Position numbers and translations under genes: made by a program
Shown here: positions 36,023 to 48,088 of the stretch, piece after piece
How the letters are laid out: each line of letters begins with the position of its first letter
Numbering within the stretch: the stretch's first letter is position 1
Assembly: GCA_002269645.1 (NCBI GenBank)
Contig: NIVC01003991.1
Location: 1 to 49,838, forward strand
Reading direction: 5' to 3'
Length of the DNA stretch: 49,838 nt
Source of the DNA: Macrostomum lignano
Lineage: Eukaryota
The notes under the pieces: model-generated
Databases searched by the model: none
Told to the model about the DNA's origin: nothing
The model's input: only the letters and a program-made list of their open reading frames with translations

Positions 36023-37660
36023 TCATAGCTGGTCCAACACAACGTAGGGCACCATCCGGGGTGAAATAATCTTACTTGAGTCGGCAGCAGCCGCGGCGTA
36101 AGTGGCACTGCGGAGATCTTCGGCTAGCTGGTTGGGGTCGCACCACACGAACGGCTGCCACTGCCGGCCGCCAGTTGAGTCGCCTGCCGCCGCCTGCTCT
36201 GCTGGCTCTCCGTACAGCTTCTGTTCGCCATCTTGGCATTGCTCCTCCTCTAATGACAGCTCCTCTCCAGCTTGCAGCGATTGTTCTGCTTCCGTCTCTA
36301 CTGCCTGCTCAGATTGAAAAGAATTCCGCGGTCGCCGCCTGTCGGTCTTCTTGCTACTATTAGTATTGCTATTAGCATTTTTAGAAAGCCGCGCGTTGAC
36401 TAGCCTACGGAATCGATAACTGTGCAGCATAACGGACGAACGGGTGGGAAACACTGCCCGACAGACTAGGCAAGTGAAGTGCCGTCTGCCCGAATGGCAT
36501 CGCCTAATGTGACTAATCAGGCGCAACTTGTTGCCGCATAGTTTCTGGCAGAATTCACACTTCGGCTTCTCCGGATCGGTCAAGCGGCGACGCCTAAGGC
36601 AGATGATGAAGTGCGAGGCTAGCTCTCGCTCTGTCCAGTATCTGCGACTGCACAGGTGACAGGTGAACTGCGGATCAACTCTTGTCACCTTTCGCTTCGC
36701 TTGTATATTAAGCTTTTGCCTTGCCTGTTTATTTTTTTTGTCCTGTGCTTCTGGCTGTTGATCCGATTGCTCAACTGGCTGCTCCGTAGAGTCCAACTGA
36801 GCTTGCAGCTGTTGACTACTCGACTGCTCTTCTGTCGTGGGGCCTGGGCGAGCCCGAATTTTCGGCAAATTTTTCTTCCGAATTAAACCAGGCTTCCTTG
36901 GTCCTAAGCTAGACTTTTGCTGTCTTTGCTTATTTGCATTCTTCTTCCGTGTTGTGCTCGCACACTTGCCGCCGCCGCTGACCCCCCGCACAGCTGGCGG
37001 CTGGTTCAAGGACTCCGACTCTGCTGGAGGTGGAGGCGGCGGGGGCTGAGGCGACGATCTCGGCGATGTCTGTCTAGGCATGTCATCGGACGCCGCAACG
37101 GAGATAACAGGCGCCGTGTTTGGCTGCTGCTGCTGCTGGCCAGGCATCTGCATGCGGTGCAGGTGAACAAAATGCCAATCAAGAGTCTGCCTACTGGGAA
37201 ACGGTTGCTGACAGAAGCAGCAAAGAAACGGCTGCATCTGATTATGACTAAGCAGGTGCCGAGCCAGAGCCTCAGCTGAGTCAAATAGTCTACAACAGAA
37301 GACGCATTCGTTTAAGCTCAACAGTACAGCATTGCCAGATCTGTTCATGTCGGACAGATTGTCCGCATCTACTGCGCTAAAATCGGCCGTGTCCGGTTCG
37401 CGTTTAAACACGGTGCCGATTATTACGCCGGACTCCAACTGACGCTGTCTGGTGCCCGAGTTGGCTGCCGCTGTTGTTGACGCAGCCGCCGCAATGACGG
37501 GAGCGACTGCGGCAGAAGAGGAATTGCAATAGTTCTGATGAATTCTGGCTCCTCGTTCAGTTGGAAATTGTCTGCCGCACTTGACGCAACAGATACAGCC
37601 GCTGGTGCTGTCGCTACCGCTTCTGATGGCGAGACTGCCGCTAGTGCTGCTGGACGACAT
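36023..37660 (-). CDS. Intronless C2H2/C2HC zinc-finger protein, 545 aa
   Basis: About six fingers in two clusters (CVKCGRQF..HQNYC, CVFC..HLLSH, CCFC..HFVHLH; CHLC..HFIIC, CEFC..HIRRCH, CLVC..H), separated by Q/P-rich and basic linkers. Confidence 0.85.
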   Translation of the reverse strand: MSSSSTSGSLAIRSGSDSTSGCICCVKCGRQFPTERGARIHQNYCNSSSAAVAPVIAAAASTTAAANSGTRQRQLESGVIIGTVFKREPDTADFSAVDADNLSDMNRSGNAVLLSLNECVFCCRLFDSAEALARHLLSHNQMQPFLCCFCQQPFPSRQTLDWHFVHLHRMQMPGQQQQQPNTAPVISVAASDDMPRQTSPRSSPQPPPPPPPAESESLNQPPAVRGVSGGGKCASTTRKKNANKQRQQKSSLGPRKPGLIRKKNLPKIRARPGPTTEEQSSSQQLQAQLDSTEQPVEQSDQQPEAQDKKNKQARQKLNIQAKRKVTRVDPQFTCHLCSRRYWTERELASHFIICLRRRRLTDPEKPKCEFCQKLCGNKLRLISHIRRCHSGRRHFTCLVCRAVFPTRSSVMLHSYRFRRLVNARLSKNANSNTNSSKKTDRRRPRNSFQSEQAVETEAEQSLQAGEELSLEEEQCQDGEQKLYGEPAEQAAAGDSTGGRQWQPFVWCDPNQLAEDLRSATYAAAAADSSKIISPRMVPYVVLDQL

Positions 37661-37696
37661 GCAAGAAATTAATTATGTTAAGAATATAGATTGCTG

Positions 37697-38378
37697 ACTA
37701 TTGTGTCTAACACTATCGCGTCTAACACTATCGCGTCTAACACTATCGTGTTTAATACTATCGTGTCTAACACTATCGTGTCTAACACTATCGTGTCTAA
37801 CACTATCGTGTCTAACACTATCGTGTCTAACACTATCGTGTCTACATTAACGTGTCTAACACTATCGTGTCTAACACTATCGTGTCTAACACTATCGTGT
37901 CTAACACTATCGTGTCTAACACTATCGTGTCTAACACTATCGTGTCTAACACTATCGTGTCTAACACTATCGTGTCTAACACTATCGTGTCTAACACTAT
38001 CGTGTCTAACACTATCGTGTCTAACACTATCGTGTCTAACACTATCGTGTCTAACACTATCGTGTCTAACACTATCGTGTCTAACACTATCGTGTCTAAC
38101 ACTATCGTGTCTAATACTATCGTGTCTAACACTATCGTGTCTAACACTATCGTGTCTAACACTATCGTGTCTAACACTATCGTGTCTAACACTATCGTGT
38201 CTAACACTATCGTGTCTAATACTATCATGTCTAACACTATCGTGTCTAACACTATCGTGTCTAACACTATCGTGTCTAACACTATCGTGTCTAACACTAT
38301 CGTGTCTAACACTATCGTGTCTAACACTATCGTGTCTAACACTATCGTGTCTAACACTATCGTGTCTAACACTATCGA
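37697..38378. repeat. 15-bp minisatellite (TCTAACACTATCGTG) just upstream of the zinc-finger ATG
   Basis: About 45 copies. Confidence 0.97.
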
Positions 38379-39511
38379 ATGTCTATCAATTAAATAAAAA
38401 AGCAACATACAAACAAATACGATTAAATTAGCAATTGCTTGATGAATCAACGCAACACAGGTTGTTTAGTCAGACAGCTTCAATTCTACTAGGTCACATG
38501 TTGTAAAAGTAAATTGTCAGTCAAGCCTCTTTCTTATTCAAGGCCTGTGTTCGGTGCGCAGGTTCTCAGTTTATATAGTTTCTACGTGTTGGCGAGAAAA
38601 GAAAGAGGAAAAGAAGTAGGTGGGGATAGCCAGAGCGGGGCTTGCATCCGAGTTACGATCAAGTTCAAACAGATCTGAAGTAAACAGGGATAAGTCAATG
38701 TCAATGCTAAACTACATGTACAAGTAATCGGTAATTTAAGCAAGAATATAGTGATCAGAGTAAACTAACAGATGCGATCTTGAATAACTAAGATGACAGA
38801 AGAAGGTCGACAGGTAATAGAATTAGTATATACACGCCTGGGCCAGCAAAATACTCGTAAGTCAAATAAATATTATACTTCAAAACATAAAACAAACAAT
38901 TTTTTCCATAGCAATAACAGAAGCGCTACACAAGCAATAAACTAAAACACATTCGGAGGAACGATATATACTACTTACTAAGCTAAGCGGTATAGTGGGT
39001 TTTATTGTATTATTATAATCAATAAGTAATAACTCACGACAGAACAGGTAGCTATAATAGTTATAAAAAGACTCAAAAATGTTTGATATCTATTTTACAG
39101 CCTGCAAGCCAATAGCTAGGTGTCCTCAGTCTAAATAAACAAACAATTTAACAGAAAGCTGAAAGCAAATGAAATTAAATATAATACCAAGCAAACTGTA
39201 TATTACAAAAAATTATATGCCAAAGCGGAGTGTGGGCTCAGGGGAGAAGCTATTATCTAAGCTATCGTCCGAACTTAAGAAAACTGATCAGCAATGGTGA
39301 GAAAGGTAATGATTAAAAATTAGATTAGTTATGCGTTAATTCCAGAATCCACACAATCATAGCAAAGGTTTATATTTATCTACAACTGTATGCTCGGTGG
39401 ATAAATAATAATAAGTAACACTATATAGATGTACAGACACAGCACAAACACTGTCTGAGTTCTTTTGGATTGGAAATAATTTATTTGTCCTGTTTTGCAG
39501 AATTTAAAAGT

Positions 39512-40651
39512 TCAAGCGTCGAGCAGACGGGCCCGCTTGCCGCCAGCTGGAGAGGCTGCACTAGAAGCGTCTGCGGCGGCAGAAGCAGCAGCAACGGAAG
39601 CAGAAGATGTTGACGCGGAGGCAGCAACAAAAGCCGCGGAAGCGGTAGCCGACCTGAGCATCAGCCTGAGCCAGTCGGTCTCCTCCATGCCAACTTCTAA
39701 TAGGCGACCTTCGGCTAGCAACGAATTTAACTGACTGTGCGTTTCAACGCTCAGCCGCAGTCCGGACACTCTGGCGGCCGCGGCGGCCGGATCTACACGA
39801 CGACGCCGGCCGGTCTCGTCGATATCGTCAACTGAGTCGAATTCGCCGCCAGTAGTATCGGTGTCGGCCTCTAGCGGAGCCCTGGGAAACAGCAGAGATT
39901 TTCTAGGCCGCCTGGCAGACACGCCTGCCAGCTCGGCGTCGGCCGATTCGCCCAGCCGAGACCGCAGCTGCCACATTAGCTTGTGAGGCAGGCGGAAGTG
40001 CAAAGCCCTAGCTACTAATAGTAGCGCTGCGCGCAGCTCAACGGTGCTTAGTAAAGTATCATGCACGCGCTGGCGCCAGGCCATGGCCCGTTCGGACAGC
40101 AGGTGGATAGCCCGGCTGGCAGCTAATCGGATTTGGAAGCCCCTATTAGCAACCAGCAGCGCTAGCAGAGTGTCCATGCCCGGCCGTTTGCTCCGTTCAA
40201 CAACAACAGCCGAGTCGGCGGCGCTGTACGCGGCAATCTGGCGTAGTTCGGCAGCGGTTGCCGTATTGTACAGAAGCTGCGCCTCTTCGGCTTCGCTTGA
40301 AGCAAATTTTTGCGGATCAGCGCCAACTGGTAGGACAGCGGCTAGTAGGGCCATTTCAATGTCTAAGGCGGTGTCGCCAGCCGATGCGGCGTCGGCTGGC
40401 CGAAGGAAAGCATCGCCGGCTTGACGCAGCCAGGCTCTGGCCAGCTCAGTCTGGCTCTCCAACGATGCCAGTTTTTTTAGTCGGACGCCAAGCGACCGGC
40501 CAGTCTGGACTAGGCGCTCGACTTCGGCAAGGCCATTGAAGCCGCCAGCCGGTGGGGTGGCCGCTACCTGCCAGTCGTCAACTGATTCGGCCAATAGGGC
40601 CAGCCGGTCAACAAGGTCGATGTCGATTGGGAGACGGCGGGCCTGCTCGAT
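39512..40651 (-). CDS. KDM5: KDM5 exon 6 (C-terminal helical region, stop)
   Basis: [26 protein letters not shown] and [19 protein letters not shown] match the KDM5 C-terminal blocks. Confidence 0.85.
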   Translation of the reverse strand: MEQARRLPIDIDLVDRLALLAESVDDWQVAATPPAGGFNGLAEVERLVQTGRSLGVRLKKLASLESQTELARAWLRQAGDAFLRPADAASAGDTALDIEMALLAAVLPVGADPQKFASSEAEEAQLLYNTATAAELRQIAAYSAADSAVVVERSKRPGMDTLLALLVANRGFQIRLAASRAIHLLSERAMAWRQRVHDTLLSTVELRAALLLVARALHFRLPHKLMWQLRSRLGESADAELAGVSARRPRKSLLFPRAPLEADTDTTGGEFDSVDDIDETGRRRRVDPAAAAARVSGLRLSVETHSQLNSLLAEGRLLEVGMEETDWLRLMLRSATASAAFVAASASTSSASVAAASAAADASSAASPAGGKRARLLDA

Positions 40652-43600
40652 CTGGCAATTTTCGGTTAATATACATCATATATATTAATTATAGTACTAA
40701 TTGCCTGAGATTTACTAAAAGGTTGGGGCACTCATTCATTCTAAGAGAGTAAAAAGACGATTCTCCAAGGGGGACGGCGACTCTCCAAGGGGGAGGGCGA
40801 CTCTCCAAGGGGGGGGGGAGATTCTCTAGGGGGAGGGCGAGTCCAAGAGGAGAATCGTACAATCTAGATAGTAATTAGAAGTATCTACTATACTGAAGCT
40901 ACTAACCATAAGAATGGCTTCGGTATTATCAAAATCCTCGCTGCCCCGATCAGTTGAAGTGACCTGCAGCAGTATCTTGACTCCGTAGGTGATCTGCAGT
41001 GCTCGATCGTACAGGGCGTGAAACTTGGACAGCAGCTGTTGGCCAACAGCTGAAGCCGGCGGCTGGCAGGAGTTGAGCTCCTCAATTCTAGCCATGCTGC
41101 ACCTGGAGCTGCCGCGGATCAGACTGCCGACCTCGCGTCGCCAATTGAGCCTAACGGCAATTTCGCGCAGTTTAGGCAGCTCGTCTAGCGACACCGGCAG
41201 CTGAGCTGATTCGGCTAGGAGAGCTTCGGCTTCTTCAACAGCTTCAGCATCGGAGTCCGTCTCCGTTGGATTGGAGCCGGCGGCCGATTCAGATTTGACT
41301 AATAGCTTGTGACAGCGGGCTAGCCAGGCGTCAACTTTGACGCAGATAGATTCGAACTCGGACTGACCATCAACTGTACAGGCTAGGCCGGCTAGTTTCG
41401 ACCGGAACGCTTGGAAACTGGCGTATGGCACGCGTTTCTTATCAGCATTGGCCGCCGTTTTGTTATTGCCGCCGCTGCCACTTTTGCCGCTCTCGGCCCG
41501 GGGCGGCTTTAGCAGCACCTGCGAAATGAAAATGCGATGCTTGTCATTAGTTCAACGGGTACAGGAATACTATGGGCACCCTGGGAAAGTTTCTTAATGC
41601 AAATAATAATAATTGGGAAGGCCCGGTGCTGTGAACACCCTGTTGCAATGCCTTCGCAATGCCTAAGGCAATTCGGCCAATTCCGCTGACTCCTGAGCAC
41701 ATACAAGCGCGCCAATACTGTATGCAAGCACGCACTCACACACGCGCTCACAGGGTGTACAGCAGCCCGACTTTCTAATTCTCAGGCATGTACACTCTCT
41801 GTGCCTGGCCTGATTGCAGCGCATGGGCATTTTGGTGGACGGCGTCCAGCGCAGATCTAATACGGCGCGGCGCGGCGCGTACGGCGTGCGGCGATTAGTA
41901 CGGCGCGGCGCGGTACTAATTAGATGCCGAGGCATTTAGGCTTGATAAGACAGTCATAGTTACTCCTGCCGTTTACCCAAAACTGCGTTAATTTTGCTTT
42001 AGGGTTTCTTTTACAGGTAAGTCATTTCACAGCGTGGCGCAGGTTGTGTAGGCGTCTGGCGTACTTAAGCCATGCGCTGCAATAGGGGTGCCTGGGGGGG
42101 GGAGTTGGCACTCATAGGTGTGAGTTTTGGGATTTTCACTCAACCAGTCAGTGCAAGAGTCTAACAAAAACAACCAACCCCGCCAAGCCCCTAAAAACAA
42201 CAAACCTGAACAATCGAAGCGGCCTGATCAGCCAGAGCCAGGGCTGATCGCAATTCGGCCAGAATCGGACAGCTGCGCGGCACGCCCAGTTGCTTTCTAG
42301 CCCGATTGCACAGCTCGGCCAGCTGTTCCCTAGTTGGCCTTGTTGTCATCGTCGAGCATTTACTATCGCCGCTAGCTTGTCGAGCCCGGCGCATCCTGGC
42401 TAGTAGGTCGGTTGACTCTCGGCGCCACTGCTCCAGGCCGGTGGTTCGGTCGCTAAGCGAGGCAACCAGTTTGCGCAGCTCCGGCACTGTGTGCCGATAG
42501 AGCAGATGGCTGGTGCACTTCGGACACAGCTGGTCGGAATGGCTCAGACACAGTAGCCGCCTAGGCAAGCACTGGCAGACAATGGCGGACACGTACAGTG
42601 TAGTGCTGCACACTGAGCATTGCCGATCGTCGTCTGGCAATACTTCGAATCGTTCGAATCCGCGCTCGTTCGAATCGAATTTGCCGCCATTAGTGCCATC
42701 GGATTTCGAGCTGTCCGACGGGACGCTCAGAGCGGCCAAGACTTGGAGTTCGCGCTCCTCGCGGTCCACTACGATCTGCAGCTCGAATAGCAGCTCGGGC
42801 AGCTGAGAATTTTTCGGTCAAGAGTAAATTGTTCTTTTGTTTTTACTTTGTAAAGCTTGTGTCATTCTTCATCTGTGCTTGATGGTCCCACTACCTAATC
42901 GATCCCTGTTGGATTGGTCCCACTACCTTATTGATCCCTGTTGGATTGGTCCCACTACCTTATTGATCCCTGTTGGATTGGTCCCACTACCTTATTGATC
43001 CCTGTTGGATTGGTCCCACTACCTTATTGATCCCTGTTGGATTGGTCCCACTACCTTATTGATCCCTGTTGGATTGGTCCCACTACCTTATTGATCCCTG
43101 TTGGATGGTCCCACTACCTTATTGATTCCTGTTGGATTGGTCCCACTACCTTATTGATCCCTGTTGGATTGGTCCCACTACCTTATTGATCCCTGTTGGA
43201 TTGGTCCCACTACCTTATTGATCCCTGTTGGATTGGTCCCACTACCTTATTGATCCCTGTTGGATTGGTCCCACTCATATCCTTGATCCCTGCTGGATTA
43301 TTCCTACTCGTATCTTTGATCCCTGCTGGATTATTCCTACTCGTATCTTTGATCCCTGCTGGATTATTCCTACTCGTATCTTTGATCCCTGCTGGATTAT
43401 TCCTACTCGTATCTTTGATCCCTGCTGGATTATTCCTACTCGTATCTTTGATCCCTGCTGGATTATTCCTACTCGTATCTTTGATCCCTGCTGGATTATT
43501 CCTACTCGTATCTTTGATCCCTGCTGGATTATTCCTAATCATATCCTTGATCCTTGTTGATTGGTCCTATTCATATCCTAGATCACTGCTGGGTTAATCC

Positions 43601-46507
43601 TACTCATATCCTAGATCACTGCTGGATTATTCCTACTCATATCCTACATCACTGCTGGATTATTCCCTCTCATATCCTACATCACTGCTGGATTATTCCC
43701 TCTCATATCCTACATCACTGCTGGATTATTCCCTCTCATATCCTACATCACTGCTGGATTATTCCCTCTCATATCCTTAATCACTGTTGGAGTTCACTCA
43801 ATTTTAACTTGCAATTCACTCGCAGATCTACCCGCCTACGATCAGAGGTGATAAATTAGGCAATCCCCAAAATTTGACACGAACCTGGCTCTCCTTAATG
43901 CAGGCGGGCTTCTGTACAGCCGCAATAGCAGCAGCGCATACCAGCTCTTCGTGGCTGAACACGCAGTGCCGCCCAATGCTAGCGTAGTGATCGACACACT
44001 GTCGCCCAACCGGCAGCCAATCGGACGGGCAGAAATTGACAGCCTCGGCAAAATTGAAGCCCTGATTAAAGCCGGCATGATAGGCGCGAGGACAAGTGAT
44101 GACAAAATCGCCGGCCTCCTGATCGATTCGATAGACGCTAACGCCGGCCGACATGAGCTGATTGGGATTCATAATTGTAGTGATATGATGCAGCAGATCA
44201 GGCGATGCGTCAAACAATTCGCCAGCTTCGGCTCGCATCACCCGCTCCAGCCCTTCGGCATCGTGAGCCGGGACACCGTACCAGGTCTTGGGCTCGCCCC
44301 AGTGCAGATAATTAATCGAATAGGACCAATGATCTTCAATATGCCAGCAGAAGGCTGAGAATACCATGCCAACGTAGCACCAGGGTATGACCATGCCGTT
44401 AATATCCTGATGCAGGAAGCGCAGGAAGCCCTGCTCGTTCAATGGCAAATTATTCAGATTCCATTCGTCGGCTAAATAAGCGTCCCATTTGGCGGCCTCG
44501 TCACGCGAGTCGAATAAGCGCGGCCTGCGATTAGCGGTTGGGAAGCCGCTGCCAGCCGAGCTCGAATGCAAATCGGCGCCGTATTCAACAGAGATTGGCT
44601 CGTTTAGCGCCTGAAGTAAGCGCCAGAACTCGCTCTCAACCTCCGAATAGCTGATGCAGTGCAGCGATCTGAGGTAGATTGCCAGGATATGGTGCCCGCT
44701 TATTGGCTTTTTCTCAATGGATTAGGGAGGGATTATCTTGGGCAGATTAGAAGGGATTCAACCTTTTGGATTAGAATGGAATATCTTGAGTTGATTGAGA
44801 CATTCTATGCGGTGGATTAGAAGGGATTCTGTGGTGGATTAGAAGGGACTCTATGAGGTGGATTAGGAGGGATTTTATTATGTTGATTAAGTAGTACTCT
44901 CTAATAAAACAATTAGGCAGTTCTCACTTATGAAAATGGCCAGCCTTAAACTGGTCAGCCATGGCGCCAAAGTCTGCCAGAGTGTACTGCTTGCGCGACT
45001 GTTCGAATCCGTATTCGGCGCTTGGCCGATCAAACGATTTGGCAACGCAGCCGGGCAGCGCCATTCGCCTTTGGGCACGTCGGGCAGCTGGGGAAACAGG
45101 CAGTAGGTGTGAAACGGCGCCTGGCAGGATTCGCAAATTAATAGCAGCTCTTCCTGGGCCGAGGTGCTGCACACTCGGCAAACCAGCGAGTCCAACCAGC
45201 CTGCGGTGCCTTCGCGCTTTGACTTCACCTCCATGCGAGTCGGCTCAACAACTGGAGCCGACTGTTCGGGCGGCAGCGCAGCCTGCGGCACGGCAGCCTT
45301 CGGGCCCGGTCCGAAGTACTGCAGCCTGCGAAGCTCCTTACTGCGATTATAATCGATGCCAGCATCGTCCAGTCCGCCGCCGGATTCGTCCGCCGCCGCT
45401 GTTGAAGAAGAAGCCGACGGATAGCGGACGAGGCCGCCGCGAGCACCGTAGCGTCTTGTCGGTGGGCCGCCGGCGCCTCCGCCGCTGCCTCCAACTCCTC
45501 CGTGCGACGACTGTTGTCGTTCGATGCTTTTAGCGCGCAACAGGCCTACATCGGTTGAGACGCCGGCTTTGAAAATGTCGTACGGTCGAACTATTCGTTC
45601 GTAATGCTGACGCAGCTGAGCCGGGGCGCATCTGCTACTGGCCGGATAGCCGGTGAGTTCGGCTACCTGAGAGTTATCGGATCAATTAATCCATTGAATT
45701 CTTGCGATTCTAGGAACAAATTGCCTGACTTTACCTATTGTAGGTACCAATGTAAAGTAATGGAAAAATAATAATTGAAAACTAATATTTTTACCTCACC
45801 CTAAGGGTCAGCAAGTTCTTCTCTATCCGGCCATAGGGTCTTTTGGAAACTTTATAACAGCAATCCGGCTCGTTTAAGGAAAGGTTTGTCTCGTCTATCT
45901 TCTCTCCTCACTTCTCTACTCATCTCTCTCCTCTATTCCCTATCATTTCCATTCTTATCTGGCGTGTAGGCGTGTTTTAATCTGGCCCCAAAGATAAAAG
46001 AATTTGCCAAATTGTGTGAGCAAATGGCAAATTAAATTATGATAGGGCAGCAGCTCCAAGTGTATATCGTTTCAAGCTCCATATTAGATTAAACAATAAA
46101 TACCTGTTGCCAGCGCTTGCCAGAGCACACGGAGTCGTAGCCGCCTAGCCTCTGAACAGCCTGGCTAAGCCGGTGCAAATCAACGTGCCGCTTGTCAACG
46201 CACGCACCCGCAGTCTGGCGCCCTGCAATTCCCAGAATCTGGCTAGCTGATCAAGGAAGTTCAGCTTAACTCTAGAGGTGGCTTCAAGTTCATTCAGACG
46301 CTGAATACGAGGCGTGAATTCAAACGTGTCAATATCGATGCAAAACGGCGGCTTCCAACCCTTGGGCGGCCGGATTTTGCAGACGCCAGTTTTCACAACA
46401 ATCGGATAGATGTCACGCAGGTATTCGTAGAAATTGCCAAACTCCTCGGCAGTTGGCTCAAATATTGGCGCCAATGGTGGCGGGGTAAATTTGAACTCTG
46501 GCTCCAT
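39512..46507 (-). CDS. KDM5: KDM5/JARID1/Lid H3K4 demethylase (JmjN, ARID, PHD1, JmjC, C5HC2, PLU-1), about 1425 aa
   Basis: Exons 46507-46104, 45666-44928, 44668-43885, 42802-42206, 41518-40907, 40651-39512. Phases are consistent if 1-nt deletions at about 46203 and 45052 are allowed. Motifs: [82 protein letters not shown]. Confidence 0.95.
40758..40845. repeat. Short G-rich repeat of about 20 bp (CTCTCCAAGGGG(G)nGGCGA)
   Basis: About 4 copies in KDM5 intron 5. Confidence 0.7.
40907..41518 (-). CDS. KDM5: KDM5 exon 5 (PLU-1)
   Basis: Helical PLU-1-like repeats; canonical splice flanks, phase 0/0. Confidence 0.8.
41590..41830 (-). mobile_element. Headless family B SINE fragment in a KDM5 intron
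   Basis: TTCCGCTGACTCCTGAGCA..CAAGCGCGC..GGGTGTACAGCAGCCC..GGCATGTA..CTGTGCCT matches 11215-11350; ATT tail near 41600. Confidence 0.55.
42206..42802 (-). CDS. KDM5: KDM5 exon 4 (C5HC2 zinc finger, PLU-1 start)
   Basis: [41 protein letters not shown]. Confidence 0.92.
42882..43790. repeat. 32/33-bp minisatellite with three successive variant blocks, KDM5 intron 3
   Basis: GATCCCTGTTGGATTGGTCCCACTACCTTATT, then GATCCCTGCTGGATTATTCCTACTCGTATCTTT, then CATCACTGCTGGATTATTCCCTCTCATATCCTA. Confidence 0.95.
43885..44668 (-). CDS. KDM5: KDM5 exon 3 (JmjC)
   Basis: The Fe(II)-binding H-x-E...H triad is intact. Confidence 0.95.
44705..44872. repeat. Degenerate GGATTAGAAGGGATT repeat, KDM5 intron 2
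   Basis: Several imperfect copies. Confidence 0.6.
44928..45666 (-). CDS. KDM5: KDM5 exon 2 (ARID end, PHD1)
   Basis: [15 protein letters not shown]; [30 protein letters not shown][P]GCV; frameshift at about 45052. Confidence 0.9.
46104..46507 (-). CDS. KDM5: KDM5 exon 1 (JmjN, ARID start)
   Basis: ATG at 46507; frameshift at GTG-CG-TGC; donor GTATTT. Confidence 0.9.
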
Positions 46508-47643
46508 TTAGTTTTTTGCTTTTTTGCTGTTTGGAGAAAGCAGAAATGCCAGGGCATGCGCATGGATGCTTCAGATGGAACAATTATTTATTATGCATAC
46601 TATTTTGATTGATATAAATTTTCAGGCCTTTCAGTTGAAATTAGATTCACAAAATATAAATTGCAACTTAATTACTTACATTGGAGGCCAAGCCAAATAC
46701 TAAGATTTCCATGGAAGTTGTAAATACTTTCATGATAGATCAAACAAACAAGTCAGATAATATTGCTAAATATTACAATAACGCAACTTATATTATAGAT
46801 ATTATACTTAGATAATTTGAACATCTATTAAAAATGTAAATTTAATTGTTATCTTAACTCATTTCACATAAAAACAATACTGACAAGTATTTTTCTATTA
46901 GATGAAACTGAATTTATAGGTATAGATAAGAGAAATATTGAGAGAAAAAGCAATTTTGAACTTTTCCTCAAACCTGTTATTTAAAATGCTGGTTTGGTTT
47001 ATGTATAAGTGCAACTTGAAATTATTGAACATTTCTATTTTCAACACACTGGCATCAAAGCTTCCCTTTAAGTCATGGCTTAACACAAAATCACCCTTTG
47101 ACCTATCTTTGGCTTGGCCTACTAACAACTTCCAATTGACCCTTGGCATCTTAGCAACCCCCATGAGCCATAGCATTTTATCAACCACTCTATAAGCTTT
47201 GACATGTTAGCAATTCCACCTAAGACTTGATATCTCAATGATACTTACCAGAAGTCATAACATCATGCCATTCCCCCTACCTAGCCTTGCTACCTTGAAA
47301 ATTCCCCCATGAGCTTTGATATCAAAGCAATTTCCCATATGAACCTTAACATATATTAGCAATTATATCAATACTTAGATAGACAGTACAGATGTCTCAT
47401 TTTAGTATAGTTTAATGGCCAAAATATCTATTTATAGTAATTAAATTACACTAGCAATCTAGTGCCACCCTTTAGTGCACCTAATAAAAAAAGCAAGGAA
47501 CAAAATTATTCATGCAAATCCATTAAAAAAGCACATTTTTTGAGAACCAATTTGAGTAAAATTGTCATGGACATAGATATTTGCTATGAATCTCTTTTTC
47601 TATAAAAGTCACAGAAACACAACAAAATTAGCCTTCACAAAAT

Positions 47644-47860
47644 AGCAAGCATTCCTCCCAAGTCAAAAGCATTCCCTAGATAGCAAGCATTCTCCCAAAT
47701 AGAAAGCACCCCCAAATAGCAAGCATCCTCTAGATAGCAAGCATCATCCCTGGATAGCAAGCAACCCCAGATAGCAAGCATCCCCCCAGATAGCAAACAT
47801 AACCCAGATAGCAAACATCCCTAGATAGAAAGAATCAGTAGCCAGCTAGCAACCCCCTTT
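47644..47860. repeat. Degenerate repeat of about 19 bp (AGATAGCAAGCATCCCC)
   Basis: About 10 imperfect copies. Confidence 0.7.
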
Positions 47861-47938
47861 CAGATAACAAGTACCATCTAACCTCCCATCCCATAAGAAA
47901 AAGTTGTAAAACCATAGATGGCAACTGGTCATACATGC

Positions 47939-48088
47939 GCAACTTTGGGAATCACCTGGCCATTTCTATTGGCAACACACACATGTAAGTCGCTATTGGC
48001 TGAGAGCAGTCACGTGATTACTATTCTGTCCAATAGCAACTTACATGTGTGTTGCCTATAGAAACAGCTGGGTGAATCACTAGGTTGC
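47939..48088. repeat. 150-bp imperfect palindrome centred on TCACGTGA (palindromic MITE or promoter element)
   Basis: The left arm CTATTGGCAACACACACATGTAAGTCGCTATTGG matches the reverse complement of the right arm, CTATAGGCAACACACATGTAAGTTGCTATTGG; symmetry axis at 48013/48014. Confidence 0.8.

Noticed and set aside
36076-45533. Plus-strand ORFs overlapping the zinc-finger and KDM5 exons
   Set aside because: Antisense shadows of GC-rich coding sequence.
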